Below, piece after piece: positions 24,079-37,100 of a stretch of 64,000 nucleotides of DNA; positions within the stretch are counted from its first letter, which is position 1; every line of letters starts with the position of its first letter. The notes below the pieces were generated by a model, which worked only from the letters and a program-made list of their open reading frames with translations, had not been told where the DNA came from and ran no database searches. A program made the position numbers and the translations under genes. The stretch is taken from NCBI RefSeq assembly GCF_028641065.1, contig NC_073385.1, forward strand, positions 46,934,001 through 46,998,000, given 5' to 3'. This DNA comes from Leucoraja erinacea. Taxonomy: Eukaryota.

Positions 24079-26266
24079 TCATAACATCAAGACATAACCT
24101 CTGACACCCTCACTAATCAAGTATGATATTAGTTTTTGTGAATCAGCCTTAATATTCATTGCTTCTTCTAAAGGGTCTAAAAATATAGTTTGAAATCTAT
24201 GTGTATATTTCTTCATAAAGTCACATATCTGTATATATTTAAAATATTGATTATCCTTCAGTTTAAATTTTAATTGGTGAAATGATAACAGTTTGCCCAA
24301 TTCATACATATTCCCTACTTTCCTAATCCCCAGTCTATCCCATTGTTGATATGTTTTGTCGATGAGAGATGGTTTGAATGCGGGGTTGTTCAATAGTGGG
24401 GTTAGTACTGATAGATTATTTAATTTCAAGGATACTTTTATTTGTTTCCAAATTCTTATTGTATTGTGAATAATTGGGTTTTTCTTATATATTATACTAT
24501 TCAATTTTATCGGTGAGAGCAAGATCGTTCCTATATCGTGCGGATAGCACTCCTCTTTCTCCATTCTTATCCACTCCAACTGCTGAGTGGAACTATCCAA
24601 CCAGTACATTATGTTCTTAATATGCACTGCCCAGTAGTAATACATATAGTTAGGTAATGATAAACCCCCAACTTCTTTAGGTTTACACAAATGCTTTCGT
24701 TGAATTCTGTTTGCTCTGTAATCCCATTTAAATTTAGTGATAGTAGAATCTAGTTTTTTGAAAAAATATTTTGGAATATATATTGGGATCGTTTGAAACA
24801 AATATATTAATTGTGGTAAGAAGGTCATTTTTATAGCGTTAATTCTACCCTTCAATGAGAGCGGGAGCGTTTTCCAAAATGCAATCATATCATTCAGTTT
24901 ATTTAATAGTGGCATAAAATTGGCACTAAATAATGATTTGTGTCTTCTCGTAATTGGAATACCCAGATACTTGAATTTTTCTGTTGCAATTTTGAAGGGG
25001 AATTTTAGTAAATGTCTCGAATCCTGTGGTTTTAAAGACATAATTTCGCTTTTATTCCAATTTATTCTATATCCTGAAAAAGAGCCAAATTCCTCAATTA
25101 GTGTTAATAATAATTATTAATTTGGGTATACTCGTTTGTGTATTAGTAATATATAAAAGGATATCATCAGCGTATAATGAAATTTTATTCTTTGAGTCCT
25201 TAGTGTTATATCCGTGAATATTTGGGTGATTTCTAATCCTTTCGGCCAGCGGTTCTATCATAAGGGCAAATAGCAATGGTGATAAGGCACAACCTTGCCT
25301 ATTACCCCTTGATAAGTAAAATTTTGGAGATAGCATATTGGTAGTTAATATTCTTGCCGTAGGTCTATCGTAAAGTAGTTTAACCCATCTAATAAAATTC
25401 TCTCCCGTATTAAATTTTTGGAGTACCTTGTATAAATACTGATCAAATGCCTTCTCTGCATCCAGCGTAACAACTGAAATATCTTCATTGTCCTCATTGT
25501 GAGAGTACATTATATTGAAAAGCCTTCTCAAATTATTAAATGATTGTCTTTTTTAAATCCCGTTTGAGTATAGAATCTTTGCTAAAATCTGATCCGTATT
25601 TTTGATCCGTTCAACTATTTATTAAGCAATTGTTGCTTCTGCTTGTTTATTTTCGGTATAAGCCTGCATGTATAAATATAATTACTTTTTTAGTCCTCTA
25701 GCTCCTAGAATCAATTTTTTGCTAAAATTTTCTGATCCGTATTTAAAAGTGAAATAGCTCTATAAGAACCCGGTTCAACTAAATCTTTATCTTTTTTTGG
25801 TATAAGCATTATATGTGTGCGTTGAATCTCCAAAAAGGTTTTATACCCGGCATTCCCTCAATTTTAAGTATAAAAGTCAATGGTGAATGATCCGCAGTTC
25901 TCTTTTATTTTCCTTATTTTGAAAACTTTGATAAGAGATTATGATGCCGCGAATATATGCCTTGAAGGTTTCCCATAATAGCGGTGCAGAAATACCCGGC
26001 GTGTCATTTATTTCGAAAAAAAATTTTGTTTGTTCTTTTATATACTCATAGCCCTGCGGGTTATTTAATATGTGTGCATTGAATCTCCAAAAAGGTTTTA
26101 TACCCGGCATTCCCTCAATTTTAAGTATAAAAGTCAATGGTGAATGATCAGAAATAATACTATTATGATATGATGGTTTATTCGTATACGGGATTAATTT
26201 TGTGTCCAATAAGAAATAGTCAATTCGTGAATAAGTTTTATGAACTGATGAGTAAAATGAATATTC
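24079..26266 (-). mobile_element. L1-clade LINE ORF2 fragment (endonuclease end and RT), internally rearranged
   Basis: SRIDYFL..IISDHSPL; LDAEKAFD; RGNRQGCALSPLLFALMIEPLA; SLYADDILLY; LPLSLKGRINAIKM; GGLSLPN. Confidence 0.88.
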
Positions 26267-26807
26267 ACTACCACTTGTGAAGGTTATTTTGTCACCTCTC
26301 TTTGCTGATTACAGTCTATGGGTCAGCAAGTCAATAATCCAGTTGGAGAAGTAAGGTGCTGAGTTTGGGACTCGATTGTATAATTATCGAAAATATGATA
26401 GGTGTGATAGTTCAGATCAAATAAACAGTAACGGCTTATGATTACCATGTGGAGCTTTGAGCATCAACAGTTCACATTGCTAGGGTGCAATATTCAAATA
26501 AAAGTTGAGTTCAAGTTCAAGTGAGTTTATTGTCATGTGTCCCTGATAGGACAATGAAATTCTTGCTTTGCTTCAGCACAACAGAACATAATAGGCATTG
26601 ACCACAAAACAGATCAGTGTGTCCATATACCATTAATAAACACATGAATAAATAAACGGATAAAGTGCAAATAACAGATAATGGGCTATTAATGTTCAGA
26701 GTTTTGTCCAAGCCAAGTTTAATAGCCTGATGGCTGTGTGGAAGTAGCAACATTTAATTAACATTTAAATAAAACTCTTTATATGCCATGTTTTTTTTTG
26801 CAGAACA

Positions 26808-27015
26808 GTTCTCCCTGTGACCGCGTGGGTTTTCTCCGGGTGCTCTGATTTCCTGCGGCATTCCAAAGGCATGCAGGTTTGAAGGTTAATTGGCTTCAGT
26901 AAATTGCCCCTAATGTGTACAATTAAAAAGTAGGATAACATAGAACTAGTGTAGGGTGATTGAAGATCGCTGTGGACTTGGTGGGCTGAAGGGCCTGTTT
27001 CCACACTGTATCTTT
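26808..27015 (+). mobile_element. HE1/V-SINE-like SINE, 5'-truncated
   Basis: gttctccctgtgaccgcgtgggttttctccgggtgctc..gggcctgtttccacactgtatct. Confidence 0.7.
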
Positions 27016-27491
27016 GTTTTTTTTCCCCAAATATTTCAGAAATGAGTTGTACTCCAAATATTTATATAGGCCTGTACTGCATTTTATTTTATGACTATTA
27101 TATTCATTTTGTGGTAAAATCCTAATCCTGTGGATTACTGCTGGTCATTCTGGGATTAGTTAACAAAATAGAACTAGAGTTGTAATCTTATGGGCAATCA
27201 GAAGATTGCAGTTCAAGTGTACAGGAAATTGGGCAAGTTACTCTGGTTCCTTTTCTTCAATCTGTCAAGTCATTCTGAATGATTAAATCATGTGAATTCA
27301 GTATTTATTACAGGAGGCCAACAGGCAAGATACTTAATGAGATAAAATTGGTAACTGCGTGTTTTCTTCTACAGAAGAACCAGAGGAGCTAAGGGGAAGA
27401 ATACCTACAGAAGCCTCTACTCCAGCATCACCACTGGTTCATATCGTCAAACACCCATTGCTAACTGAGTATTTCTCCAGTTCCAGAAATC

Positions 27492-29018
27492 ATGGGATCA
27501 GATCCTTTCCGGAATGGATCTCTGACTGGTAACAGCTCCAACCAACAGGAAGGGCACAGCCTTTTGAAAGTAGTATCAATTGCCACTATTACTGCTATAG
27601 TAAGCTTCATAACAATAATAGGCAATATTTTGGTAATTGTGTCATTTAAAGTGAACAGCCAGCTAAAAACTGTGAACAATTATTACCTGTTAAGTTTGGC
27701 CTGTGCTGATCTCATCATAGGAGTGTTTACAATGAACCTCTACGCTTCTTATATATTGATGGGTCACTGGTCACTGGGAAATTTGACGTGTGATTTGTGG
27801 CTTGCACTGGATTATGTGGCCAGTAATGCCTCCGTCATGAATTTGCTCCTTATTAGCTTCGATCGGTATTTCTCAGTCACACGGCCATTAACCTACAGGG
27901 CTAAACGAACCCCGAAAAGGGCTGGTATCATGATTGGTCTGGCATGGTTAATATCCTTTATATTGTGGGCACCTGCTATTTTATGCTGGCAATACCTAGT
28001 TGGAAAAAGAACTGTCCCTTCAAATGAATGTCAGATACAATTTTTGTCTGAACCTATTATTACATTTGGTACTGCGATAGCCGCTTTCTACGTCCCAGTG
28101 TCGGTGATGACGATACTGTACTATCGCATCTATAAAGAGACTGAAAGACGCACTAAGGACCTGGCGGAACTGCAAGCATCGAATCTCGCCTCGGAAGATG
28201 AAGTTCACGTTTCCAAAATGATTCGATCTACATCTTGCTTCGGATGTGTAAGCCACAAACTTTCACGCAGGGAAAGGTCCCAGGTATCGTGGTCTTCAAA
28301 CAGAAGCACAACAGTAACCCTAAGATCCACACAGGCCAAAAATGTCACAGACGAATGGTTAGAAAGCGACAACAAAGACTCCTTTGCAAATTACCCCATG
28401 TCTGAAGAAGATGGAAGGCTCACTCCAAAATCAACCTCTTCAGTGACTCAAGGGGAAGAACAGATTGACGAGTATACTGGGGAGGATGACGCCAATGTTT
28501 CCTTGGAAGAAGAGGCTTCGGCAATAAATAATTATGAAAATCAAAATCATTTGGCGATTCCTGTAAAAAAACAGAAGGATAAAAATTACATTTCTTACAA
28601 GGGTCATAAATTAGCTGTCAAAAATGGCAGTTCCTCGTCAACCTCAGACACGAGTAATGGGTGCACCGGACTTAAAGGAACACCCCCTGAACCAGAAGTT
28701 CCATGTATGAGAAATATGGATCAAAACCTGAGGCTGCAGATCACCAAAAGAAAACGGCTGGTTTTGATAAAGGAAAAAAAGGCAGCGCAGACACTTAGTG
28801 CCATTCTACTGGCGTTCATCATTACCTGGACACCGTACAATATTATGGTGTTAGTCTCGACGTTTTGCTCGGACTGCATCCCACAATCACTGTGGCATTT
28901 GGGATACTGGTTGTGTTACGTTAACAGCACAGTCAACCCCATGTGCTATGCTTTGTGCAACAAAACCTTCCGCACCACCTTCAAAATGTTGTTACTATTT
29001 CAATGGAAGCGGAAATGA
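27492..29018 (+). CDS. CHRM5: Muscarinic acetylcholine receptor M5 (508 aa, single coding exon)
   Basis: 7-TM GPCR with [88 protein letters not shown]; M5-diagnostic residues; splice acceptor ttttcttctacag at 27374; syntenic between AVEN and EMC7. Confidence 0.97.
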   Translation: MGSDPFRNGSLTGNSSNQQEGHSLLKVVSIATITAIVSFITIIGNILVIVSFKVNSQLKTVNNYYLLSLACADLIIGVFTMNLYASYILMGHWSLGNLTCDLWLALDYVASNASVMNLLLISFDRYFSVTRPLTYRAKRTPKRAGIMIGLAWLISFILWAPAILCWQYLVGKRTVPSNECQIQFLSEPIITFGTAIAAFYVPVSVMTILYYRIYKETERRTKDLAELQASNLASEDEVHVSKMIRSTSCFGCVSHKLSRRERSQVSWSSNRSTTVTLRSTQAKNVTDEWLESDNKDSFANYPMSEEDGRLTPKSTSSVTQGEEQIDEYTGEDDANVSLEEEASAINNYENQNHLAIPVKKQKDKNYISYKGHKLAVKNGSSSSTSDTSNGCTGLKGTPPEPEVPCMRNMDQNLRLQITKRKRLVLIKEKKAAQTLSAILLAFIITWTPYNIMVLVSTFCSDCIPQSLWHLGYWLCYVNSTVNPMCYALCNKTFRTTFKMLLLFQWKRK

Positions 29019-29056
29019 ACTACCTAGCCGACAACAAGACACACTTTTAACAAGTG

Positions 29057-29205
29057 TGTAGACAAAAATGCTGGAGAAACTCAGCGGGTGAGGCGGCATC
29101 CATGGAGATGCTCCTTCGTTCCATAGATGCTGCCTCACCTGCTGAGTTTCTCCAGCATTTTTGTCTACCTTCGATTTTCCAGCATCTGCAGTTCCTTCTT
29201 AAACA
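29057..29205. mobile_element. Palindromic Penelope-derived short repeat in the CHRM5 3' UTR
   Basis: 49-bp inverted arms 29058-29106 and 29120-29168; 12-bp TSD ttttaacaagtg at 29045-29056 and 29206-29217. Confidence 0.8.
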
Positions 29206-31469
29206 TTTTAACAAGTGGGAGTAAAGTGGTTATTACATCGTTCTTTCTATACTTCATAATGTGATTATTGACTATCATTCAGCAATTGTTCCGTTGCATA
29301 TATGGGGATTGGAATGACATTCAAGAAATGGATCACCAAATACATCAAATAAAGGCCAAGAAGCAGAGCTAAATTCTTTCTGGGCCGCCCCTTCAGTCAA
29401 TCATGCGGTACAGCTGATCAGGTCTCGTTAATTCTCAACCCATGTTAAGTTTCCCTTTAGCAATGATAAACACGTTACTGTTGGAAAGTGAAAAAAATGT
29501 ACACAAACCCCAATCATAGTGCTAACAACCAGTGCTACAAATCAATTAGTACTAGAGTGCACATCCCGTGTCATTAAAACGCTCCAGGGAAAGTTTTATT
29601 TAACTTATGCTGGGATACCGACTTCTTTCAGCAATGTGTTTCCCCCTCGTTGCCTTCCTTAAAAGTAGCAGCTAGCTATTGGCGGGTACAACTTCACAGG
29701 CATCCGACTTGCTTCAACTGCAATGGTGACTGAGTGGCAGCAGATTGCGGAGAAATGTGAACCCATCTCAACCTCATTACAAGTGTGCAAAGCTGGTCTC
29801 TCTCCTACAAGAGGCAGCCAGGAAAACAAAACCGTGGGTGAGTTTCCTTTCGCTGCACCGCTGATCTTTGCTTTCAATCATCCGTGACGGATGCCGTGGC
29901 CCAGAACTTGAACGTAAGTTAATTTAACCGCCCACAATTGGAAAACGCTGTGAGCCAAAGGCCGGGCCGGGACTGAAGGAGAGATTGGATTCGGAAATAC
30001 CTTTAACATTTAATACCTAAAAGTCATTGTTTTAGGCCGCTTAAAACATTTTTGAATTGAAAGACAAATAATGAATACAAACCTGACTGAAGTCTTCTTC
30101 TGCATTTTCTTCCCTTGCAACTTCCCAATGGCCATTGAAACGGATGGGCGGGCCGACGGTGATCTTTTGGTCTGACGGCGCAACATCGCCGCAGCCTCGC
30201 CCGGGAACTCCAGCTCCTCTACCGGACGCCGGGGCGGCATGAAGCTGTGGCTGGGGAATTCGGGTGGAAATCCCACAACTGGCGCTGGCGGCAGTTTGGT
30301 CCGTTCACCTGCAGAATGCGGGTTTTTACGTTAAAGGAATCCGCCCATAATGAAACATAGTCATCCTTGGCGTGGTATATCCAACACAACATAATATCAT
30401 GGTCTGAAGAAGCGTCACCTATCCATTCGCTCCAGAGATGCTGCCTGGCCCGCTGAGTTACTCCAGCACTTTGTGTCTATCTTTGGTATAAACCAGTGGT
30501 GTTTTATTGTCATATGTGCAAACACACAATGCCATTCTTTCTTGCATACAGTCCAGTGAAATATTGCCATGCCTAAATATCATCTGCAGTTTCTTTTTAT
30601 TTTATTGTAATATCGATGTTTGTATTTGTTGAGCTCCATCGTGTTGGCTCGTTGTGAAATAAAGCACTTTATTTTGTATATGTACACATCTTACTTCAGA
30701 TTTCTCGAGCGGTAAGATTTGGAGAGGCATGGAAACGGTGGTGGGATTGAAGGTTGTGCAAGACGCATAGGTCTATGCTGATTGCAATGCTCCAACGTTG
30801 CTGTGCCTGGGTTCATATTTGGCAAAGTGAGAACAGAGAATCTCACAGCGTGGAAACTGGTCCTTCGACTCATTGTATCCGCACGGACCGTCAAGCATCC
30901 ATTTACATCTCCCCAGAGTCTACCACTCACTGACTCAAGCACCAGGGGGCATTTACAAAGTCCAATTTACCAACCAACCGGAATACCCGGAGAACACCAA
31001 GGACCTCACTGTGGATTAAACCCACATCGCTGGAGCTGCGGAGCAGCAGCTATATCAGTTCTATGAGGAACATTACCTTAAAATGTTGTTCCCCATACAT
31101 TAGCTAAATGCAATGTAACCTTGATAATTATAATTATATTTCTGCTCAATTATGGAGTTAGAGGTCACAATTGTTTGCAATTGGCATGTCCCCCAGGAAA
31201 TTCTCAAGGACGGATGGTGTGGAATGTGTAGAGGATTGCTTTGAAACTAAATGCAATGGTTTCCGCTACCAGGGTGGTTGAGACACATGAGCAATTTCTT
31301 TTAAACCTGCTCTCGACATGTGTTCTTGTTTACGTCATGCAGATTAAGATTGGATATTAAAGTACAATATGTTCAATTTTCCACTTCTGTTAACACAAAT
31401 CAATTACGCCAATAATGATTGAAATGGGAATGTGCAATATGTTCGGACACTGGCTGACCATCCTGCTTA

Positions 31470-31911
31470 GTAGGCCCCCCTCGGTCATGACTGACCATGG
31501 GTGATGCATCCTAGTTTTCAGGTGATGTGTGGTCGGATGCAAGCCTGGGCGATGTCATATGGAGGACAGGCTGTTGCCCATGCAGCACGTCCCCCCTCCA
31601 TGTCGCTGATCGATCCAAATGAACAGCAGGGCCGTTACAGTTTGGCACCAGCACCGTCGCAGGAGCTGCTAGAGCGAGGTTGTAGACAACGACAAACTGC
31701 CTTAGGGGCTCTGACTCCGGATGTTCTTGAGGTTTACTGCAGGAGCTTTTTCCATGACTGGATATGGCCACAAGGCAGTGGAGGTTTTAAATCAGAGTTT
31801 TCCCTCTCCTAGATGGACCGCCTTCCCAGGCTGACAAGCCCCATCTGCCCGAGACTCATGGAGGCAGGAGCGTCTACCTTCCCGTTCAGGTCTATAGCAC
31901 CTGCCCACTGC
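31470..31911 (-). mobile_element. RTE-related short non-autonomous retroelement
   Basis: Minus strand carries catctaggagagggaaaactctgatttaaaacc (RTE 5' UTR-like); flanked by ccatcctgctta and ccaacctgctta (12-bp TSD, 1 mismatch). Confidence 0.6.
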
Positions 31912-32279
31912 CCAACCTGCTTACAACTTTGTTAAAAAAATGCCTTACAACATGCTGTTCCCATCAAGATCTTAGTTAAGGTGCTAGTTATATTTTGTTG
32001 CTCACAGTCCTGAAAGTAGAATGTTTTTAGTAATCTTTGTTAAAATACATTTGCATTTATAGATGTTATTAAACATAAACATATTTTAAAGGGCAGCATG
32101 ATGTGTTGTACTGCCATGTCTGTTGAAGTACTGGCTTCTTTCAGTTTGAGCATCAGTCAGTCGTTGTCATACTTACTCCTGTATTTTGCTTGGCATGGTT
32201 GTTTAGTACTTAAAATACATCCTCCACAAGATCAGGAAGTACAATGACGACTAACTGATGCTCAAACTGAAGAAAGCCA

Positions 32280-32610
32280 GTACAGGCAAAAGGAATAGAA
32301 GTGTGAAAACACACCTCACCAGATTTGGGGACAGTTTCTTCCCAGCTGTTATCAGGCAACCTAATCATCCAACCACAACCAGAAAGCAGCGCTGAACCAC
32401 TATCTACCTCTTTGATGACCCTCGGACTATCCTTGATCAGACTTTGCTGGCTTTACTTTGCACTAAACGTTATCCCCTTATCATGCATCTATACACTGTA
32501 AATGGTTCAATTGTAATCATGTTTTGTCTTTCCACTGACTGGTTAGCACACAACTAAAGTTTTTCACTATACCTCAGTACGTGGTAATAAACTAAACTGA
32601 ACTGAACTTC
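32280..32610 (+). mobile_element. Rex1/Babar-type LINE 3' end
   Basis: aatagaagtgtgaaaacacacctcaccagatttggggacagtttcttccca (RSVKT..RFGDSFFP) and aataaactaaactgaactgaac tail. Confidence 0.6.
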
Positions 32611-32629
32611 AACAAACATGATAATGCAG

Positions 32630-33210
32630 CACAGTGGCACAGTTGGTAGAGCTGCTGCCTCACAGCACCAGAGACACAGGTTTGATCCTGACCTCGGATG
32701 CTGTCTGTGTGTAGTTTGCAGATTCTCCCTGTGACCGCGGGGGTTTCCTCCGGGTGCTTCGGTTTCCTCTCACACTACAAAGACATGGATTTACAGCTTA
32801 AATGTGTAGGAAGGACCTACAGATGCTGGTTTATACCGAAGATATACTCAAAGTGTTGGAGTAACTCAGCTGGTCAGGCAGTATCTCTAGAGGAATAGGC
32901 GACGTTTTAGGTTAGAACCCTTCTACAAACACAAAGAAGGGTCTCATCAGTCTAAAGAAATGTTCCAAGTCAAAACATCACCTATTCCTTTTCTCCAGAG
33001 ATGCTGCCTGACCCACTAAGTTACTCCAGCACTTTGTGTCTATCTTTGATGTTTAGCTTAATTGGGCCTCTGTAAATTGTCCCTGGTCTATAAGGAGTGG
33101 AAGAAAAAGTGGAATAACATAGAATTAGTGTGAACAGGTGAATGACGGTCGGCGTGGATTTGACGGGTCAAAGGACCTGTTTTCACTATTTCTAAATGTA
33201 TAACTAAAAC
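32630..33210 (+). mobile_element. HE1/V-SINE-like SINE with nested palindromic Penelope-derived repeat (~32803-33047)
   Basis: SINE head 32630-32790, insert with inverted arms, SINE tail resumes ~33050. Confidence 0.7.
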
Positions 33211-34572
33211 ATTTATAATGAATTTATAAAGTTTGGACATTCATTCACATTTCTTGCAAAGCTAAAGCTTTATTTAACCATACTCGCTTTGATAACTGTT
33301 TTCTAAAAAAACAGAAAAGTTGTCCAATGGAACATCTAATGATTTTGATAATTAAGAGAATCATACGATTCATAAGACATAGGACATTGAATTAGGCCAT
33401 TTGACCTATTGAGTCTACTCCGCCATTAAATCATGGCTGAGCTATCTTTCCCTATCAACCCCATTCCCCTGCTTCTCTCTGTAATCTTTGACACGGTTAC
33501 TTATCCTATCAAAACTCTGCTTTAAAAATGCCCAGACTTGGCCTCCATAGCCGTCTGTGGTGATGAATTCCACAGATTCTCCACCATGTGTTATGCACAT
33601 ACATAAAAAGTAGCAAGACCTGGGTTTCTCGTGACTGATCTGATCAATAGCGGTGGTGTCAGTGATAAATCAGTATTGTTGTAATTTAAATAATCCTTTC
33701 TCTGCCGTGACTTAAAAAGCTCAGTGACAATGTGCGTTGATTGTGGTTTGCTTACATGCTAACTATTGCCATGGCCTTTAGGCCTTGTATGAAGATTACT
33801 GAACATTAAAAAAACCCGATTCATAATTTGACAAATTGAATGAAAAGGCTTTGTTACTAAAATGTTGGCATTGCGGATGTGCATCAGGTTTGTAAATGTT
33901 TGTACAACTATTGTATTGGTTCAGCTTATTATTTTACCACAAATGTTTCATATTTCTTGACAATAAAGTTTGACAGCTTGCAGCCATATGTGCATAATCT
34001 TCAAATAGATGTGTTTTCAAGATTCATGGATTTTTTCATTTAAATTTGGAAAAAAAGAGTAACTCAATTGGTTTTCTTTTTATGGTAACAACTTACCAGG
34101 ATATGTGGTCCAAGAATGTTTTTGGTCCAAAAGGTCAGTCACCCGAAAAGGACAATTCTACTGTTGAATAGCCACTGAAACTCTCACAATGGGGTCTCGC
34201 ATCCCACAAAGATATTCATTTAAAAATAGGAGCTGAATCCCACCGATTTTACCACTTTGAAAAGCTTGGGAACAGAATCAAATTGATTTTATTGCAAAAC
34301 TGAATTGAATGGAGACCTCCTCAATATCCATGATAAATGTTTAAAAATAATTGAAATCAAATAATGCCCGACTAAAATGAAACCAAATTATTTGAATCAA
34401 AATCAACAAAAACACAAGTTTTAAATCTTTAAAAGTATTGAACAAACCAAAAATAATAAAAGAATCCTACCACTTTATAATTTTTCCACGCTAGCCTCCA
34501 ATTCACACCAGTGGGTGATGGGATAAACCTGGACTCCAGTGGTAGATCTTAGTGAAAGACATGGTAATTTAT

Positions 34573-34752
34573 GTGTAGGAAAGAACTGCAGATGCTGGTT
34601 TAAATCCAAGGTAGACACAAAATGCTGGAGTAACTCAGCAGGGCCAGGCAGCATCTCTGGAGAGAAGGAATGGGTGACGTTTCAGGTCAGTCTGAAGAAG
34701 GTCTCGACCCAAAACGTCACCCATTCCTTCTCTCCAGAGATGCTGCCTGTCC
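34573..34752. mobile_element. Palindromic Penelope-derived short repeat
   Basis: ggcagcatctctggagagaaggaatgggtgacgttt ... aaacgtcacccattccttctctccagagatgctgcc inverted arms around ctgaagaaggtctcgaccc; similar copies near 4927, 7972, 42730, 50472/51340, 55985, 63871. Confidence 0.75.
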
Positions 34753-35884
34753 CACATGTACTGCACGGATGTGCACATTTGTGACTTCCATGTTTGACAA
34801 CTGTGGAAGTCCTAGACTTGATGTCATTTAAACAAGCAAATGCTGGTGGCTCAATTAAGAACTTGATATGCAAGGTTATGGGGAGAAGGCAGGAGAATGG
34901 GGTTGAGAGGGATAGCTAGATCAGCCATGATGAAATGGCGAAGTAGACTCGGTGGGACAAATAGCCTAATTTGGCTCCAATGACTTCGGAATTTATGAGA
35001 ACTGTGGTATTTGACAACAAAATGGGAACAACTGAAGCAGATACTCTTTAGCCAAATCACAAATTTTATAACCAAAGTATTTATTTTATTGGTAAAGAAA
35101 AGTAAATAATTAGATTTTATCTACATTTTAAACCAAATCTATGTTGCATATAAAATACTTCCTCTGAGAATAATCAAATTTATAGTACAGGCTATAAATT
35201 GAGGACAATTTTTTTGTCAATCTAAAGAGGACAAAGGGTCCATATGATATTATATAGGCTATCTTGAATTTATTGTTTTGATTTGCTTTATCTACACCTC
35301 ACAATGTCAGTGGGTTTCTTGATCAGATTTTTTTAGTTGGCAGATTATTTGTCCTGACAAGAGATATTCTCCTTGAACCCAGCATCAATATTGTATACTC
35401 GATTGATCTGCAGATAAGATCTATTTATTCAGCTTCATACACCAGCCCAAAGTCAGTCTGAATACATTTTCTCAGATATTTAATTCACTGAACAAATGAC
35501 AGCACGATGGCAAATTTTGAATATTTCTACATTATAATTAAATTTCAAGCATTAACACCCATCATACCAAAAATATCTTACTTCCATCTGGAAGAGATTT
35601 TGGCACAAATCTCAAAGGGAAATATTGGCATTCCAAACAACTGAGACACCCAACATTAATCATGACTTGAGTATTTAACAATTTTTCCACATAACATTTT
35701 GTTCATGCAGACTGTACCAAGTAGTACAACAAATAACAAATTTGTTCATTTGCATCAGATATGTTCCTGTAACTGCACTTTCTGGTAAATAAGTCAAGAA
35801 CGTATATAAGCATAAAAATTTAAAGAAATATTTGAACTTACAAATAAACTATTAGATTTATTTCCAGTTCTTTTTGCGCCATTA

Positions 35885-36579
35885 TTATAACTCATCACGT
35901 AAGGTTTTGTGGCATTCGGTTACCTTACTATTAGGTTTTATCATCATCCATGCATACTTGCACATATTTTCTTTATTACAATCATTTTGCCAATAAACAA
36001 CATTTCTTCTGTTCAGATTAGCTCCAGCACAGGCATTATACCACCATCCACCACCTGGGACCCCATTAAGTTCCAATTTGGCACAGTTCTGGGAATAGTT
36101 GTCATTATCACTATCCTTTGTGGTGAATTTTTGGTTGTCATGAACATAAGCCTCTGTATCTTTTGTCAAAGCATCAGTTGCAGTTCCATGATAAAGACCA
36201 AGTCTAATTTTATATCTAGATTCTTCATTTTCAATGAGAAAGGGGTCATATTCTCCCCACTTCATATCACCATTAATGTTGATTAGTTTAATTCCCAACT
36301 TATATTCATTCGGTTTACTTGTGATTCTATGCATGAACTCATTGCCCAACCAGTGATCACCATTAACAAAGCCAAATCCTTGCTTGTAGTCCTGCCATGT
36401 TCTATCAAAGTCCAAGGAGCTGTTAACAGTGATGTGCTGGATTATTGTCCATCCACCTTCTGCACTTTGCATGTCGCAGAAAACAACTATAAGACCCTTC
36501 ATCAATTGGATGACATACAGACCATCTTTAGCCTTGCCCTCTGACTGCTGAAAAATTTCATAACAGTTACTCAGAAAAC
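35885..36579 (-). CDS. Fibrinogen C-terminal domain (FReD) protein, exon 2, ends ...KTLRDEL*
   Basis: Acceptor ttttgcag|GT; GFLSNCYEIFQ..DGLYVI..VFCDM..GGWTIIQ..DFDRTWQDYKQGFG..HWLGNE..KFTTKDSDND..NCA..GGWWYNACAGANLN; intact ORF, TAA TAA stop. Confidence 0.93.
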
Positions 36580-36829
36580 CTGCAAAACATAAAGGAAGAA
36601 TGAATACAATATTACAACCAGTTTAGACATTTTACATTTTTGCATCTAGCTAAAACTCATTGGAAGAAAAATTATCAAGTTCACTGTGAATCAAAAGGTC
36701 AAGTATGCAATCCAATGTCAATTTGCTTTTAATTTTTATCTAATGGCCAATGTTTGTGGTTTAATAAATGTTAAATTAATATTACTAATATTGCAACAGC
36801 AGTATTTTGTTATGTCATATTTTACCACT

Positions 36830-37100
36830 GTAAAATCAAGAACCAGAGGTCGTAGGTTTAAAATAAGGGGGAAAAGATTTAATAGAAACCTGAGGGGTAA
36901 TCTTTTCACACAGAGGGTGGTGGGTGGATGGAACGAGCAGGTACTATCGCAACATTTAAGAAGCATTTTGACAGGTACATGGATACGACAGGTTTAGAGG
37001 GATATGGGCAAATGCAGGCAAGTGGGACTAGTGGGGAGGGGACATTGGTCGGTGTGGGCAAGTTGGGCCGAAGGGCCGGTTTCCACACTGTATGACTATG
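36830..37100 (+). mobile_element. CR1 3' fragment in the FReD-gene intron
   Basis: KSRTRGRRFKIRGKRFNRNLRGNLFTQRVVGGWNE. Confidence 0.75.
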
